A stretch of DNA of 64,000 nt, taken from contig CAIKZC010000001.1 of NCBI GenBank assembly GCA_903831815.1, forward strand, positions 20,188 to 84,187, written 5' to 3'. Numbering within the stretch: the stretch's first letter is position 1; each line of letters begins with the position of its first letter. Both the position numbers and the translations under genes were made by a program. Below the pieces are notes generated by a model. It was not told the DNA's origin. It saw only the letters and a program-made list of their open reading frames with translations, and searched no databases. This document shows, piece after piece, positions 37,424-45,185 of the stretch. This DNA is from an uncultured bacterium. GTDB lineage: Bacteria; Patescibacteriota; Minisyncoccia; Phycocordibacterales; UBA11359.

Positions 37424-37651
37424 ATGAAAATGAGTCCTCTTGGTTGGGTTGCTTTTGTTCTCACTATTATTGGAGGTTTAAATTGGGGCCTTATCGGGGC
37501 TTTCGGATTTGACCTAGTAGCTTCAATTTTTGGCGCTATGAGCGTAACTTCACGAGTTATCTATGTCCTCGTTGGATTGAGCGCAATCTATATGCTCGTT
37601 GAAGGATTGATGAAGACAAAGGCTCCAGCAGTTTCTGCTCCACAAATGTAG
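37424..37651 (+). CDS. DUF378 family small membrane protein
   Basis: MKMSPLGWVAFVLTIIGGLNWGLIGAFGFDLVASIFG... contains GGLNWGLIG, characteristic of DUF378; start set at the internal Met. Confidence 0.6.
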   Translation: MKMSPLGWVAFVLTIIGGLNWGLIGAFGFDLVASIFGAMSVTSRVIYVLVGLSAIYMLVEGLMKTKAPAVSAPQM

Positions 37652-37655
37652 TCGT

Positions 37656-37707
37656 AATAAAGCAAAATAAAAACACTAGATAACTAGTGTTTTTATTTTG
37701 CTTTATT
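37656..37707. terminator. perfect 24-bp inverted repeat (AATAAAGCAAAATAAAAACACTAG-ataa-CTAGTGTTTTTATTTTGCTTTATT); bidirectional terminator between convergent genes, right arm encodes the pyrG C-terminus
   Basis: Seen directly. The reverse complement of the left arm equals the right arm exactly. The pyrG stop (37693-37695) lies inside the right arm. Confidence 0.5.
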
Positions 37708-39354
37708 GTGTCGATCTGATGCTGCTTTCATGAATTCGGTAAATAGCGGATGCGGGCTAAGTGGTCGTGCCAAAAATTCTGGATGAAACTGTGAACCAAG
37801 GAAGAACGGATGAATTTCACGTGGTAATTCCGCGATTTCCATGAGCTGTCCGTCCGGTGAAGTACCGGAAAAAACCAAACCGGCGGATTCTATTTGATAA
37901 ATATATTCAGGATTGACCTCATATCGATGACGGTGACGTTCAATGATCGTGTCGGTTTTATATGCTTCACGCGCGATCGTCCCCTTCTTAAGTCGCGCCG
38001 GATATGCACCAAGCCGCATTGTTCCGCCATAATTATTTTCGGCCATCAATTTTTTCTGGTCAATCATAATATCAATGACTTTGTATGGACTTTTTGGGTC
38101 AACTTCGGCCGTGTGTGCACCTTTTAGTCCGACAACATTTCGGGCGTATTCGATAACCGCGAGTTGCATGCCATAACATAAACCAAAATACGGAATTTTG
38201 TGTTCACGAGCATATTGAATCGCTTTAAGAATGCCTTCCACACCGGTCGAACCGAAACCTCCCGGCGCCAGAATGCCGTCATATTGTTCAAGTTCGCCAA
38301 TACGCTTAGCATCTTTTTCAAAAGGATGGGAACTGACATAATGCAATTTCAACTTCTTCCCCACCTTATACGCCGAATATTTTAAAGCTTCAAGAACTGA
38401 AATATAAACATCAGAAAGAACGAATTCACCTGAGTTGAAATACTTTCCAACCACCGCAATATTAACCTCATCCTTGACCGATTTGGATCTTTTAATGAAA
38501 GAACGCCAAGCCGCGCATCGCATTGGACGATTTTTTAGATCCACTTTCAAAAGACTGCACAAAATCGTGCTCAAATGATCGCGTTCAAAATTTATCGGGA
38601 TATCGTAAATACTTTCGACGTCCGGTGCGGAAATGACACACTCAGGTCGAATGTTACAGAACATCGCGATCTTATCTTTTCGTTTTTGATCGAGAGGTAC
38701 AGAAGCGCGAGCGATAATGATATCGGTCTGAATTCCGGCGCTGTTCAATGTTCTTGAAGCGTATTGCGTCGGTTTAGTCTTCATTTCTCCTATTTTGGAA
38801 GGGATTGGCAAATAACTAACCATTGTAAAAGCCACATCATCCGGTCGTTTGCTCTTTAACATACGAGCGGCTTCCAAAAAAAGCATGTTTTGATATTCAC
38901 CGATCGTGCCACCAATCTCGATTATCGTAAAATCGGCATTAGCTTTTTCGGTGGCGATTTCGATGCGACGAATAACCTCGAAAGGAATGTCCGGCACAAC
39001 CTCCACGTTTTTACCTTTATATTCCAAATTTCGCTCGCGGCGGATAACTTCCTGATAGACGCGACCAGTCGTCATGTAATTAACGCGCGAAAGAGTCACA
39101 TTCAAAAAACGCTCATAATTGCCCATATCCTGATCACATTCATCTCCGTCTTCCAAAACAAAAACCTCGCCGTGTTCGGTGGGGTTCATGGTGCCTGCGT
39201 CGACGTTAATGTATGGATCAATTTTAAGCGCGGTGACGATAAAGCCGCGAGCCTTCAAAATAGAACCGATGGATGATGCTGCGACTCCCTTTCCGACTCC
39301 GGACATAACTCCGCCAGTAACAAAAATATATTTTCGTTGTTTCTTTGACTTCAT
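37693..39354 (-). CDS. pyrG: CTP synthase
   Basis: 553 aa with the N-terminal synthetase domain (FVTGGVMSGVGKG) and C-terminal glutamine amidotransferase domain (GLCYGMQ, catalytic Cys). Confidence 0.9.
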   Translation of the reverse strand: MKSKKQRKYIFVTGGVMSGVGKGVAASSIGSILKARGFIVTALKIDPYINVDAGTMNPTEHGEVFVLEDGDECDQDMGNYERFLNVTLSRVNYMTTGRVYQEVIRRERNLEYKGKNVEVVPDIPFEVIRRIEIATEKANADFTIIEIGGTIGEYQNMLFLEAARMLKSKRPDDVAFTMVSYLPIPSKIGEMKTKPTQYASRTLNSAGIQTDIIIARASVPLDQKRKDKIAMFCNIRPECVISAPDVESIYDIPINFERDHLSTILCSLLKVDLKNRPMRCAAWRSFIKRSKSVKDEVNIAVVGKYFNSGEFVLSDVYISVLEALKYSAYKVGKKLKLHYVSSHPFEKDAKRIGELEQYDGILAPGGFGSTGVEGILKAIQYAREHKIPYFGLCYGMQLAVIEYARNVVGLKGAHTAEVDPKSPYKVIDIMIDQKKLMAENNYGGTMRLGAYPARLKKGTIAREAYKTDTIIERHRHRYEVNPEYIYQIESAGLVFSGTSPDGQLMEIAELPREIHPFFLGSQFHPEFLARPLSPHPLFTEFMKAASDRHNKAK

Positions 39355-39384
39355 ATTTTTTCAATCAGTGTTCTTGTAATTCGC

Positions 39385-40305
39385 CTAAACTTTCAAATAC
39401 CTTTTAACCGCCAAAAAACTGGAAACACCGCCAATCAACACTCCCGAACCAAGCAAAAGAACAAAAATTTCACCGAAATGTCGCAAATAATATTGCAACA
39501 GATCTATTCCGGCAAAAGCCAAAGTGAAATTATGGGTGTAGTACATGATCGGATACAAGACGATTACGGTGAATAGCGCGGCCACCAAACCGTACATGAC
39601 TCCGGTTACAACAAAAGGACCGCGAACAAACATGTTGCTGGCACCGACTAGTTTCATCACGGAAATTTCTTCACGTGACATATAAATGACCAGACGAATA
39701 GTATTGAAAGTAATCAGGATCGAAAGCAAAACCAAAAGAAGCGTTACAACAAAACCAAGCTCCTGACTTGATGCAATGATGGCGGTCAAACGATCGATAG
39801 CCACTTTATTTTTGGCATAATTAACGCTCTCTACGATCGGAGTTCCGTCTCGGGAAATAAAATTTTTACCTTGCAGAAAGCCGGCGATGCTTTCATATTG
39901 CGAAGGATCCTGCGCTTTGATGTTTAAGACTGCACCGAGAGGATTTTTATCGAGTTCGGACAATGCCTGCAAAGTTGATTGATCGTTCACGTGACGGTCC
40001 TTGAAATCTTGCAAAGCCTGATCGCTCGAAACATAATCGACACTTTTTACTTCAGGCATAGCTTGAAGGGTTTTTTGCAGAGACAAGATATCGGACTCTT
40101 GAGCGGTCGTAACAAAATAAACATTGATATCCACCTTATCCTTAATCTGATTGAGAGCAGAAGTCAGTAGAGCACCAACAAAAAGGACCGAACTGATGAC
40201 AAAAAGCGCAATAATCATCATCAAAACCGCAGAAAGAGAAATGCTACCGTTTCGCCAGAAATTCACAAAACCTGATTGTATGACTCTTTTTGTTTTAGCC
40301 CACAT
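39385..40305 (-). CDS. ftsX: cell-division ABC transporter permease FtsX
   Basis: 306 aa with FtsX topology (TM1, periplasmic domain, 3 TM) directly downstream of ftsE. Confidence 0.85.
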   Translation of the reverse strand: MWAKTKRVIQSGFVNFWRNGSISLSAVLMMIIALFVISSVLFVGALLTSALNQIKDKVDINVYFVTTAQESDILSLQKTLQAMPEVKSVDYVSSDQALQDFKDRHVNDQSTLQALSELDKNPLGAVLNIKAQDPSQYESIAGFLQGKNFISRDGTPIVESVNYAKNKVAIDRLTAIIASSQELGFVVTLLLVLLSILITFNTIRLVIYMSREEISVMKLVGASNMFVRGPFVVTGVMYGLVAALFTVIVLYPIMYYTHNFTLAFAGIDLLQYYLRHFGEIFVLLLGSGVLIGGVSSFLAVKRYLKV

Positions 40306-40326
40306 ATTGTTTATTTTATCACGAAA

Positions 40327-41007
40327 TTATAAGTTGTACTTGCCTTCCTTATCATCACGAATTATCTTGCCGTTTTCCATGGTAATGACGCGGCGTTTCA
40401 AAGAATCGATGACGCCTTTATTGTGAGTAGTTAAAATGACAGTAGTTCCAAGATCGTTGATCTTTTTTAAAATTTGAACGATCTCATAAGTGTTCATTGG
40501 ATCGAGATTTCCGGTAGGTTCGTCTGCAATAATGATATCCGGCTGGGTAACGATTGCTCTCGCAATAGCGACGCGTTGTTTTTCTCCACCGGAAAGTTCG
40601 TGAGGAAAATTCCAGATCTTTTTACTGAGGTCAACGAGTTCCAAAACATGAGGAACATCAGTTTCGATTTCGGATTGCGGACAACCAGCCGCCTCCATCG
40701 CAAACGCAATATTTTCATACACGTTTTTCTTGCTGAGCAACCTAAAATCTTGAAATATCGCGCCCATTCGGCGGCGCAACATATTGAGCTCCCCTCTTTT
40801 AACTTTATGAATGTTGGTCGATCCAAAAAAGACCTTGCCGGATGTCGGCTCCTCCTCGGCCATTAACATTTTGAGCAAAGTTGTTTTACCCGCCCCGGAA
40901 TGACCAACTATGGAAACAAATTCTTTTGGTTCGATGGAAAAAGTCACTTCATCCAGAGCTTTTGAGTCATCCGCGTATATTTTGGTAACCTTATCAAAAT
41001 GGATCAT
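40327..41007 (-). CDS. ftsE: cell-division ATP-binding protein FtsE
   Basis: 226 aa with Walker A (GHSGAGKTT), LSGGEKQR and Walker B ([11 protein letters not shown]). Confidence 0.9.
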   Translation of the reverse strand: MIHFDKVTKIYADDSKALDEVTFSIEPKEFVSIVGHSGAGKTTLLKMLMAEEEPTSGKVFFGSTNIHKVKRGELNMLRRRMGAIFQDFRLLSKKNVYENIAFAMEAAGCPQSEIETDVPHVLELVDLSKKIWNFPHELSGGEKQRVAIARAIVTQPDIIIADEPTGNLDPMNTYEIVQILKKINDLGTTVILTTHNKGVIDSLKRRVITMENGKIIRDDKEGKYNL

Positions 41008-41014
41008 ATTTATT

Positions 41015-41026
41015 GATTATAGCACA
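41015..41026 (-). promoter_or_regulatory. extended -10 promoter TGcTATAAT for ftsEX
   Basis: The minus strand reads tgTGCTATAATcaataaatATG; the TGnTATAAT element is about 10 nt upstream of the ftsE ATG. Confidence 0.35.
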
Positions 41027-41033
41027 AAGAGAA

Positions 41034-41144
41034 AAGCACTGAAAACACTCTTTTAAGGGCACAGGTAAATTTCCTGCTGGAAATTTCCTTCACACTCCGC
41101 CCGTCGGCGTCCGTGAGTCCCTTAAAAGAGTGTTTTCAGTGCTT
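41034..41144. repeat. 111-bp element with perfect 26-bp terminal inverted repeats (AAGCACTGAAAACACTCTTTTAAGGG ... CCCTTAAAAGAGTGTTTTCAGTGCTT) and inner hairpin AAATTTCC-tgct-GGAAATTT; MITE-like or unusually long terminator between prfB and ftsE
   Basis: Seen directly: the arms at 41034-41059 and 41119-41144 are exact reverse complements; the right arm abuts the prfB stop codon. Confidence 0.5.
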
Positions 41145-42056
41145 CTATAGTTTTTTCTCGGCTTCAATGAATTCGTCTAAATAACCGTCAAAAACTTTGT
41201 CGGGGTTGGAGGTTTCAACATTGGTGCGCAGATCTTTGACCATTTTGTACGGATGAATCACATATGAGCGAATCTGATTCCCCCATTCAATGTCGGTGGT
41301 TTTACTCACATACATGCCACTTTCGGCACTTTTGCGCGCTTCTTCCTCTCGTTTAAAAAGTTTTCCACGCAACATAGCGAGAGCCTTCTCTTTATTCTGA
41401 GCTTGAGAGCGCTCAGACTCCACATGCACCGCAATTTTCGTTGGAATATGTACCAATCGCACCGAAGTCTCTCGCTTGTTCACATTTTGCCCGCCCGGAC
41501 CACTAGAGCGAGCATACCCTATTTCAATATCAGTTTCCGGAATAACAAAATCTGCCGCCGATGATGCCGTATCAAATCTCGGCACAACTTCAACGAGCGA
41601 AAAAGAGGTGTGACGCTGATCCTTGGAATTAAAAGGCGAAATGCGCACGAGCCGGTGCACGCCGGATTCGTTTTTTAACATTCCGTAAGCATTTTTGCCA
41701 TTTATTTCAAAAGCGATATTGCGATAACCGCCGTGATCATTCTTGTGCTCGTGCAACATGTAAATATTCCAACCTTGTCGAGCTGCATACTTTCGATACA
41801 TTTCAAAAAGCATTCGTGAAAAGTCCTCAGCATCATCTCCACCGGCGCCGGAAAAGATCGTGAAAATAGCATCACCCTTGTCGTATTTTTCGGCGCCCAA
41901 AATTTCGTCTTTAAGTTGCGAAATTTCCCGCAACACCGCCTGCGCCGCTGTTTTGTCAGTCCAAAAATCCGCCGCGCCCATCCGCTCTTCCAGTTCACGA
42001 AGCTGTGCCTGCTTGTCTTCCTTTCCTCCTGTATTTTTCGGGTTAATTTCGACCAT
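41145..42056 (-). CDS. prfB: peptide chain release factor 2 (no programmed +1 frameshift site, short N-terminal domain)
   Basis: SPF tripeptide motif (RISPFNSKD) and GGQ (SGPGGQNVNK). Starts MVEINP... in frame (cf. E. coli MFEINP). No CTT TGA C shift site. Confidence 0.85.
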   Translation of the reverse strand: MVEINPKNTGGKEDKQAQLRELEERMGAADFWTDKTAAQAVLREISQLKDEILGAEKYDKGDAIFTIFSGAGGDDAEDFSRMLFEMYRKYAARQGWNIYMLHEHKNDHGGYRNIAFEINGKNAYGMLKNESGVHRLVRISPFNSKDQRHTSFSLVEVVPRFDTASSAADFVIPETDIEIGYARSSGPGGQNVNKRETSVRLVHIPTKIAVHVESERSQAQNKEKALAMLRGKLFKREEEARKSAESGMYVSKTTDIEWGNQIRSYVIHPYKMVKDLRTNVETSNPDKVFDGYLDEFIEAEKKL

Positions 42057-42098
42057 ATATGCAAGTATACCAAAAATAGTCAGTAAATAAAAAAGCAT

Positions 42099-42491
42099 AA
42101 AAAAAACCGCTAGGATCCTCGGTAGGCCAAGTGCCTATACGAGACTATGAGCGCGGTGTGTGTGCAAGACTCCATCATGAGACGAACGGGCCACGGACCT
42201 ATGCCGGACCGATTACACCATACTCGGTGAAAGGTTTGTAGTTCAGCACTACCAACCTTGTTCATGGGAATCACGCGCTATCCTAGCGATCGCTCAGTAC
42301 CGATCAAGCGGTTGTTTGGGTGTAGGTCGAAGTCGTCCCGCGACCAGTCAGACCAAACCTGAACTTCAACGAAATCGTTGTTTTACCATCTCTTACCTCG
42401 AGGACAGAGACGGACTTATGCGACACATCCGTTGCAAACGTGCCACAACGATGCTTTTAGACTATCACAATGCTTTTTTTTAGCAACTTTT
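42099..42491. other. ~390-nt GC-rich ORF-free segment between prfB and the tRNA-Thr pair; candidate structured ncRNA of undetermined class
   Basis: No ORF of 60 aa or more on either strand. GC content is well above the flanks. Long-range inverted repeat CGCTAGGAT (42108) / ATCCTAGCG (42268) and a 10-bp palindrome AGCGATCGCT. No hallmark motifs for tmRNA, RNase P or SRP RNA could be confirmed by eye. Confidence 0.25.
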
Positions 42492-42565
42492 TGGAGCCGA
42501 AGGTGGGAATCGAACCCACGTTCCCGCTTTACGAAAGCGGTGTTCTGCCACTGAACTATCTCGGC
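42492..42565 (-). tRNA. tRNA-Thr (anticodon CGT), CCA encoded
   Basis: Cloverleaf: GCCGAGA acceptor (one A-C mismatch at 7-66), D arm GTTC-AGTGGCA-GAAC, anticodon stem CCGCT/AGCGG with loop TTCGTAA, T arm GTGGG-TTCGATT-CCCAC, 3' CCA. Confidence 0.75.
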
Positions 42566-42589
42566 AAAAACAACGTAAAAACTTCTCTC

Positions 42590-42855
42590 TGGAGCCGTTG
42601 ACCGGGATTGAACCGGTGACCTCGTCATTCACTTCTACCTCCATTTCGCCAAATTGGCTTATAAAAGGGTTAGACTGTATCTTACGCATACCTTTCGGTT
42701 TAGCGCCCCTTGTCAGTCGTTCGGGCGAAACTATCGCCACGGTCTTACCCACACTTGTGGACTTTAACCGTAATTCGGGCTTCATCATTTCGTTTCCAAA
42801 ATGAAGGGCTATTTAATTAACCAATGACGTGCTCTACCAACTGAGCTACAACGGC
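42590..42855 (-). tRNA. tRNA-Thr (anticodon GGT) interrupted by a 190-nt group I intron after position 36; CCA encoded
   Basis: 5' exon 42855-42820 is GCCGTTGTAGCTCAGTTGGTAGAGCACGTCATTGGT. 3' exon 42629-42590 is AATGACGAGGTCACCGGTTCAATCCCGGTCAACGGCTCCA. Joined, they form a canonical 76-nt tRNA nearly identical in pattern to E. coli tRNA-Thr. Confidence 0.75.
42630..42819 (-). ncRNA. group I self-splicing intron (190 nt, ORF-less) in the anticodon loop of tRNA-Thr(GGU)
   Basis: Helices found by eye: P7 GACUG/CAGUC with J8/7 AAGAUA, P3 GGUUA/UAACC directly 3' of P7, P5 CCAC/GUGG, P6 GGCGA/UCGCC, P8 GCGC/GCGU, P9 GCCAA/UUGGC. The 5' exon ends in U, the intron ends in G (GUG). Confidence 0.65.
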
Positions 42856-42920
42856 GTGTTGGTTTTTAAACATTACTATATTCCGGCCATACAATCAAAC
42901 CGCAAAAAATGCGAAGCCAG

Positions 42921-43925
42921 CTACTCCTTCAGGTCCGGATAAATCGAGCCGATAGTTTCAACAACTTTTTTGACCGCTTCATTGAGAGAAGTTTTTAAAG
43001 TTGCCCCAGACGCATCTTTGTGTCCCCCGCCACCGAGAGCGGCGGCAATTTTAGAAACGTCATATTTTCCTGAATCACGTGTTCGGAAACTTGCTTTTAC
43101 TTTGTTCGGTTCATCCTCAACCATTTTCACGCCAATTTCCCAGCCAATCACAGATTTTAAAGTGTTGGCAATGCCAACAAAAATTTCTTCTTTCTTAATT
43201 TTTTTCTCTTGCAAAGCGTCATAAGAAACAGCGGAAATCGCGACACTATTGTGACAATGTAATGTTACGGAGCTCAAAGCCAATGCTTCAAAAGCAATTA
43301 CTCCGGGAGTATTACTGTTGTCCATATAAGAAAGAGTGGAAGTGAAATCTGGCGCAATCTTGGCCAAATCCGCAGCGGATGCCAGAGTGCTGCTCTTAGT
43401 ATTTTGAAAACTAAAACCTCCCGTATCAGAATACATTCCAAGCATCAAACATTTGGCAATTTCCGGTGTAATCGCAACATTCCATGCGACAAAAAGATCA
43501 TACAAAACCTGACAAGTCGCCGGATAGGTTGCTTCAACCAAATTTATCTCTGCGAAATTTTTGTTGGTTATATGGTGGTCAATATTAATGGTTTTTAGAG
43601 AGGCAGGAAAAACCACGGGGGCAATGCAAGAAATTCGATCGAGACTAGCACTATCTTGAATGATAAAAAGATCAAATTGAGCGAGATCTATCTCAAAAAA
43701 ATTCTTCGGCAGAATTTTTTTGATTCCCGGCAAAATGGCAAACCCCTGCGAAATCTCCGAATCACCTCGAATAACCGTCACCTTTTTATCCATCCCTTCC
43801 AAAACATGCATCATCGCTAGCGCACCACCAACACTATCAGCATCCGCGCTTGGATGACAATGCAGCAAAATATTTTGCGCTTTTTTAATTTCCTCTAAAA
43901 TCTGAGGGGCTAATTTTTCAATCAT
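42921..43925 (-). CDS. DHH-family phosphoesterase (NrnA-like oligoribonuclease/pAp phosphatase)
   Basis: DHH motif region (HCHPSADADSVGG, IDHH) and DHHA1 GGGH motif near the C-terminus. Start trimmed to MIEKL because the ORF-track extension overlaps tRNA-Asp. Confidence 0.75.
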   Translation of the reverse strand: MIEKLAPQILEEIKKAQNILLHCHPSADADSVGGALAMMHVLEGMDKKVTVIRGDSEISQGFAILPGIKKILPKNFFEIDLAQFDLFIIQDSASLDRISCIAPVVFPASLKTINIDHHITNKNFAEINLVEATYPATCQVLYDLFVAWNVAITPEIAKCLMLGMYSDTGGFSFQNTKSSTLASAADLAKIAPDFTSTLSYMDNSNTPGVIAFEALALSSVTLHCHNSVAISAVSYDALQEKKIKKEEIFVGIANTLKSVIGWEIGVKMVEDEPNKVKASFRTRDSGKYDVSKIAAALGGGGHKDASGATLKTSLNEAVKKVVETIGSIYPDLKE

Positions 43926-43932
43926 TTTAATG

Positions 43933-44006
43933 CGCGCCCGGCCGGACTCGAACCGGTGACCTATCCCGTGACAGGGGATTGTTCTAGCCAACTGAACTAC
44001 GGGCGC
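43933..44006 (-). tRNA. tRNA-Asp (anticodon GTC)
   Basis: Cloverleaf: acceptor GCGCCCG/CGGGCGC, D arm GTTC-AGTTGGCTA-GAAC, anticodon stem ATCCC/GGGAT with loop CTGTCAC, T arm ACCGG-TTCGAGT-CCGGC, discriminator G. Confidence 0.85.
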
Positions 44007-44659
44007 ATTTTTATGAACTTATCGAAAACAAGCTTCTTCCTAGGCAAATACAGCTTGTGAAGCTTATTATACATAATTTTGTATAATTTCAAAGAGTCCA
44101 GAGTACTAAAGCTTAATCTGCTACAATTTTTTGCTTTTACCTTATAAATATATCCACCCAATAAACCTTGTTTTTTGAGACAAAAAAGTAGACTTTTCAG
44201 AAAATCATAACTACAACTAGTAAAAGAAGATTGAATAACATGTGTAGGAGTTTTTCTTTTTTTATTCAGAAAACCGACCCAAACATTTCCGTCACCATCA
44301 AAATAGCCTCGAATAAAATCTCCAGCGTATTCTATAGGAATATGAGGCAATTCCATACGTTTTGCCTTATTCATAATCAACCCAAGAGCCAAAAGATCAG
44401 CAAACAGCTCCTTGCTGCCAATTTGTATATTGTAACAATAACCAGTTTCTGAAACTCGTTTTGCTATTTTGTGATTTGACCCGATTGAAAAACGAATCGA
44501 GCGAATCAATTGGTAGTCTTTTGTATAAATTGAAGTAAAATGCGTCCCTCTTTTTGTTTTAATGATATTTCCATCGGCAAACAAAAAGCCCAAGATATAC
44601 GCCATATCTGATGACCACGTTTTAAAAAAGTTTTTGTTGTATTTTTTATATATTGGCAC
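43997..44659 (-). CDS. LAGLIDADG homing endonuclease, free-standing (two LAGLIDADG motifs)
   Basis: 220 aa with YILGFLFADGNI and IRGYFDGDGNV, the two dodecapeptide motifs of single-chain LAGLIDADG enzymes. Its stop overlaps the first 10 nt of tRNA-Asp. Confidence 0.75.
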   Translation of the reverse strand: MPIYKKYNKNFFKTWSSDMAYILGFLFADGNIIKTKRGTHFTSIYTKDYQLIRSIRFSIGSNHKIAKRVSETGYCYNIQIGSKELFADLLALGLIMNKAKRMELPHIPIEYAGDFIRGYFDGDGNVWVGFLNKKRKTPTHVIQSSFTSCSYDFLKSLLFCLKKQGLLGGYIYKVKAKNCSRLSFSTLDSLKLYKIMYNKLHKLYLPRKKLVFDKFIKMRP

Positions 44660-44679
44660 GTGACAGTATTATACACTAA

Positions 44680-45077
44680 ACATAATATAAAAAAGGAGGG
44701 CCGCGCATTTACGACCCCCACACATAACCCGCTAAACATCATCCTCACCTTCTGCGTCCAATAGTGTGCAAAGAGCCGCCTCGCATCTTCATGCAACGCG
44801 CCTCATCAGGTCCGGAATGTCGAATTTGCGACCTTTCGGAATCAACGTAAATCTGACTCATGACACGCGCGGCATACTGCGCACCACGAGACCGCACAAC
44901 AGGAGACCGCCCACCTCGAGATTTTGTGGCCATTTTGCCACCTCCAGAAATGTACTCTACCAAAGCTTTCCGTGAACCCATACACACAGAACGTCCATGC
45001 GTACATGTCTTCGCTTTGGCGTTATCCACCTATAGTCTATTACTATTGACAGATTTGTCAAAGTTTAATAAATGTTG
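44680..45077. other. ~400-nt GC-rich ORF-poor segment between the LAGLIDADG gene and the CAU tRNAs; candidate structured RNA or decayed intron/foreign DNA
   Basis: GC is about 55% against about 40% locally. Only short, Arg-rich, RBS-less ORFs. No confirmed family motifs. Confidence 0.25.
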
Positions 45078-45148
45078 TGTCGACGAATGGAATCGGACCA
45101 TTGTTTGAGGCTTATGAGTCCCCCGTTCTACCATTGAACTACGCCGAC
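45078..45148 (-). tRNA. tRNA with CAT anticodon (Met or Ile2/lysidine type), atypical: C at position 55 and mismatched 31-39 pair
   Basis: Minus strand: GTCGGCG-TA-GTTC-AATGGTA-GAAC-G-GGGGA-CTCATAA-GCCTC-AAAC-AATGG-TCCGATT-CCATT-CGTCGAC-A. The cloverleaf holds but the T-loop is TCCGATT instead of TTCGATT. Confidence 0.5.
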
Positions 45149-45185
45149 AATACTACCACAAATGCCCTTGCGGGCATTTTACTTG

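Noticed and set aside
41145-42098. Programmed +1 frameshift in prfB
   Set aside because: The N-terminal MVEINP... segment is in the same frame as the catalytic domains and no CUU UGA C site is present. The 14-codon hydrophobic extension in the ORF track is just upstream read-through.
42099-42491. Attempt to assign the GC-rich segment to tmRNA, RNase P RNA or SRP RNA
   Set aside because: I could not find the RNase P P4 motifs (GGAAAGUCCGG / ACAGAACCCGG pairing), a tmRNA tRNA-like 3' end with GGUUCGAnUCC...ACCA and an ANDxxYALAA-type tag, or the SRP GGAAGCAGC motif. It is left unassigned rather than forced.
42416-42804. ORFs 42416-42628(-), 42480-42788(-), 42598-42804(+)
   Set aside because: They lie across the two tRNA-Thr genes and the group I intron. 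The RNA interpretation explains the sequence and they have no coding signal.
44745-45108. Arg-rich ORFs 44745-45029(-), 44766-44975(+), 44860-45108(+) in the GC-rich segment
   Set aside because: No RBS, overlapping each other in different frames. Their composition is driven by the GC-rich DNA and the last overlaps a tRNA, so the region is treated as non-coding of unknown function.
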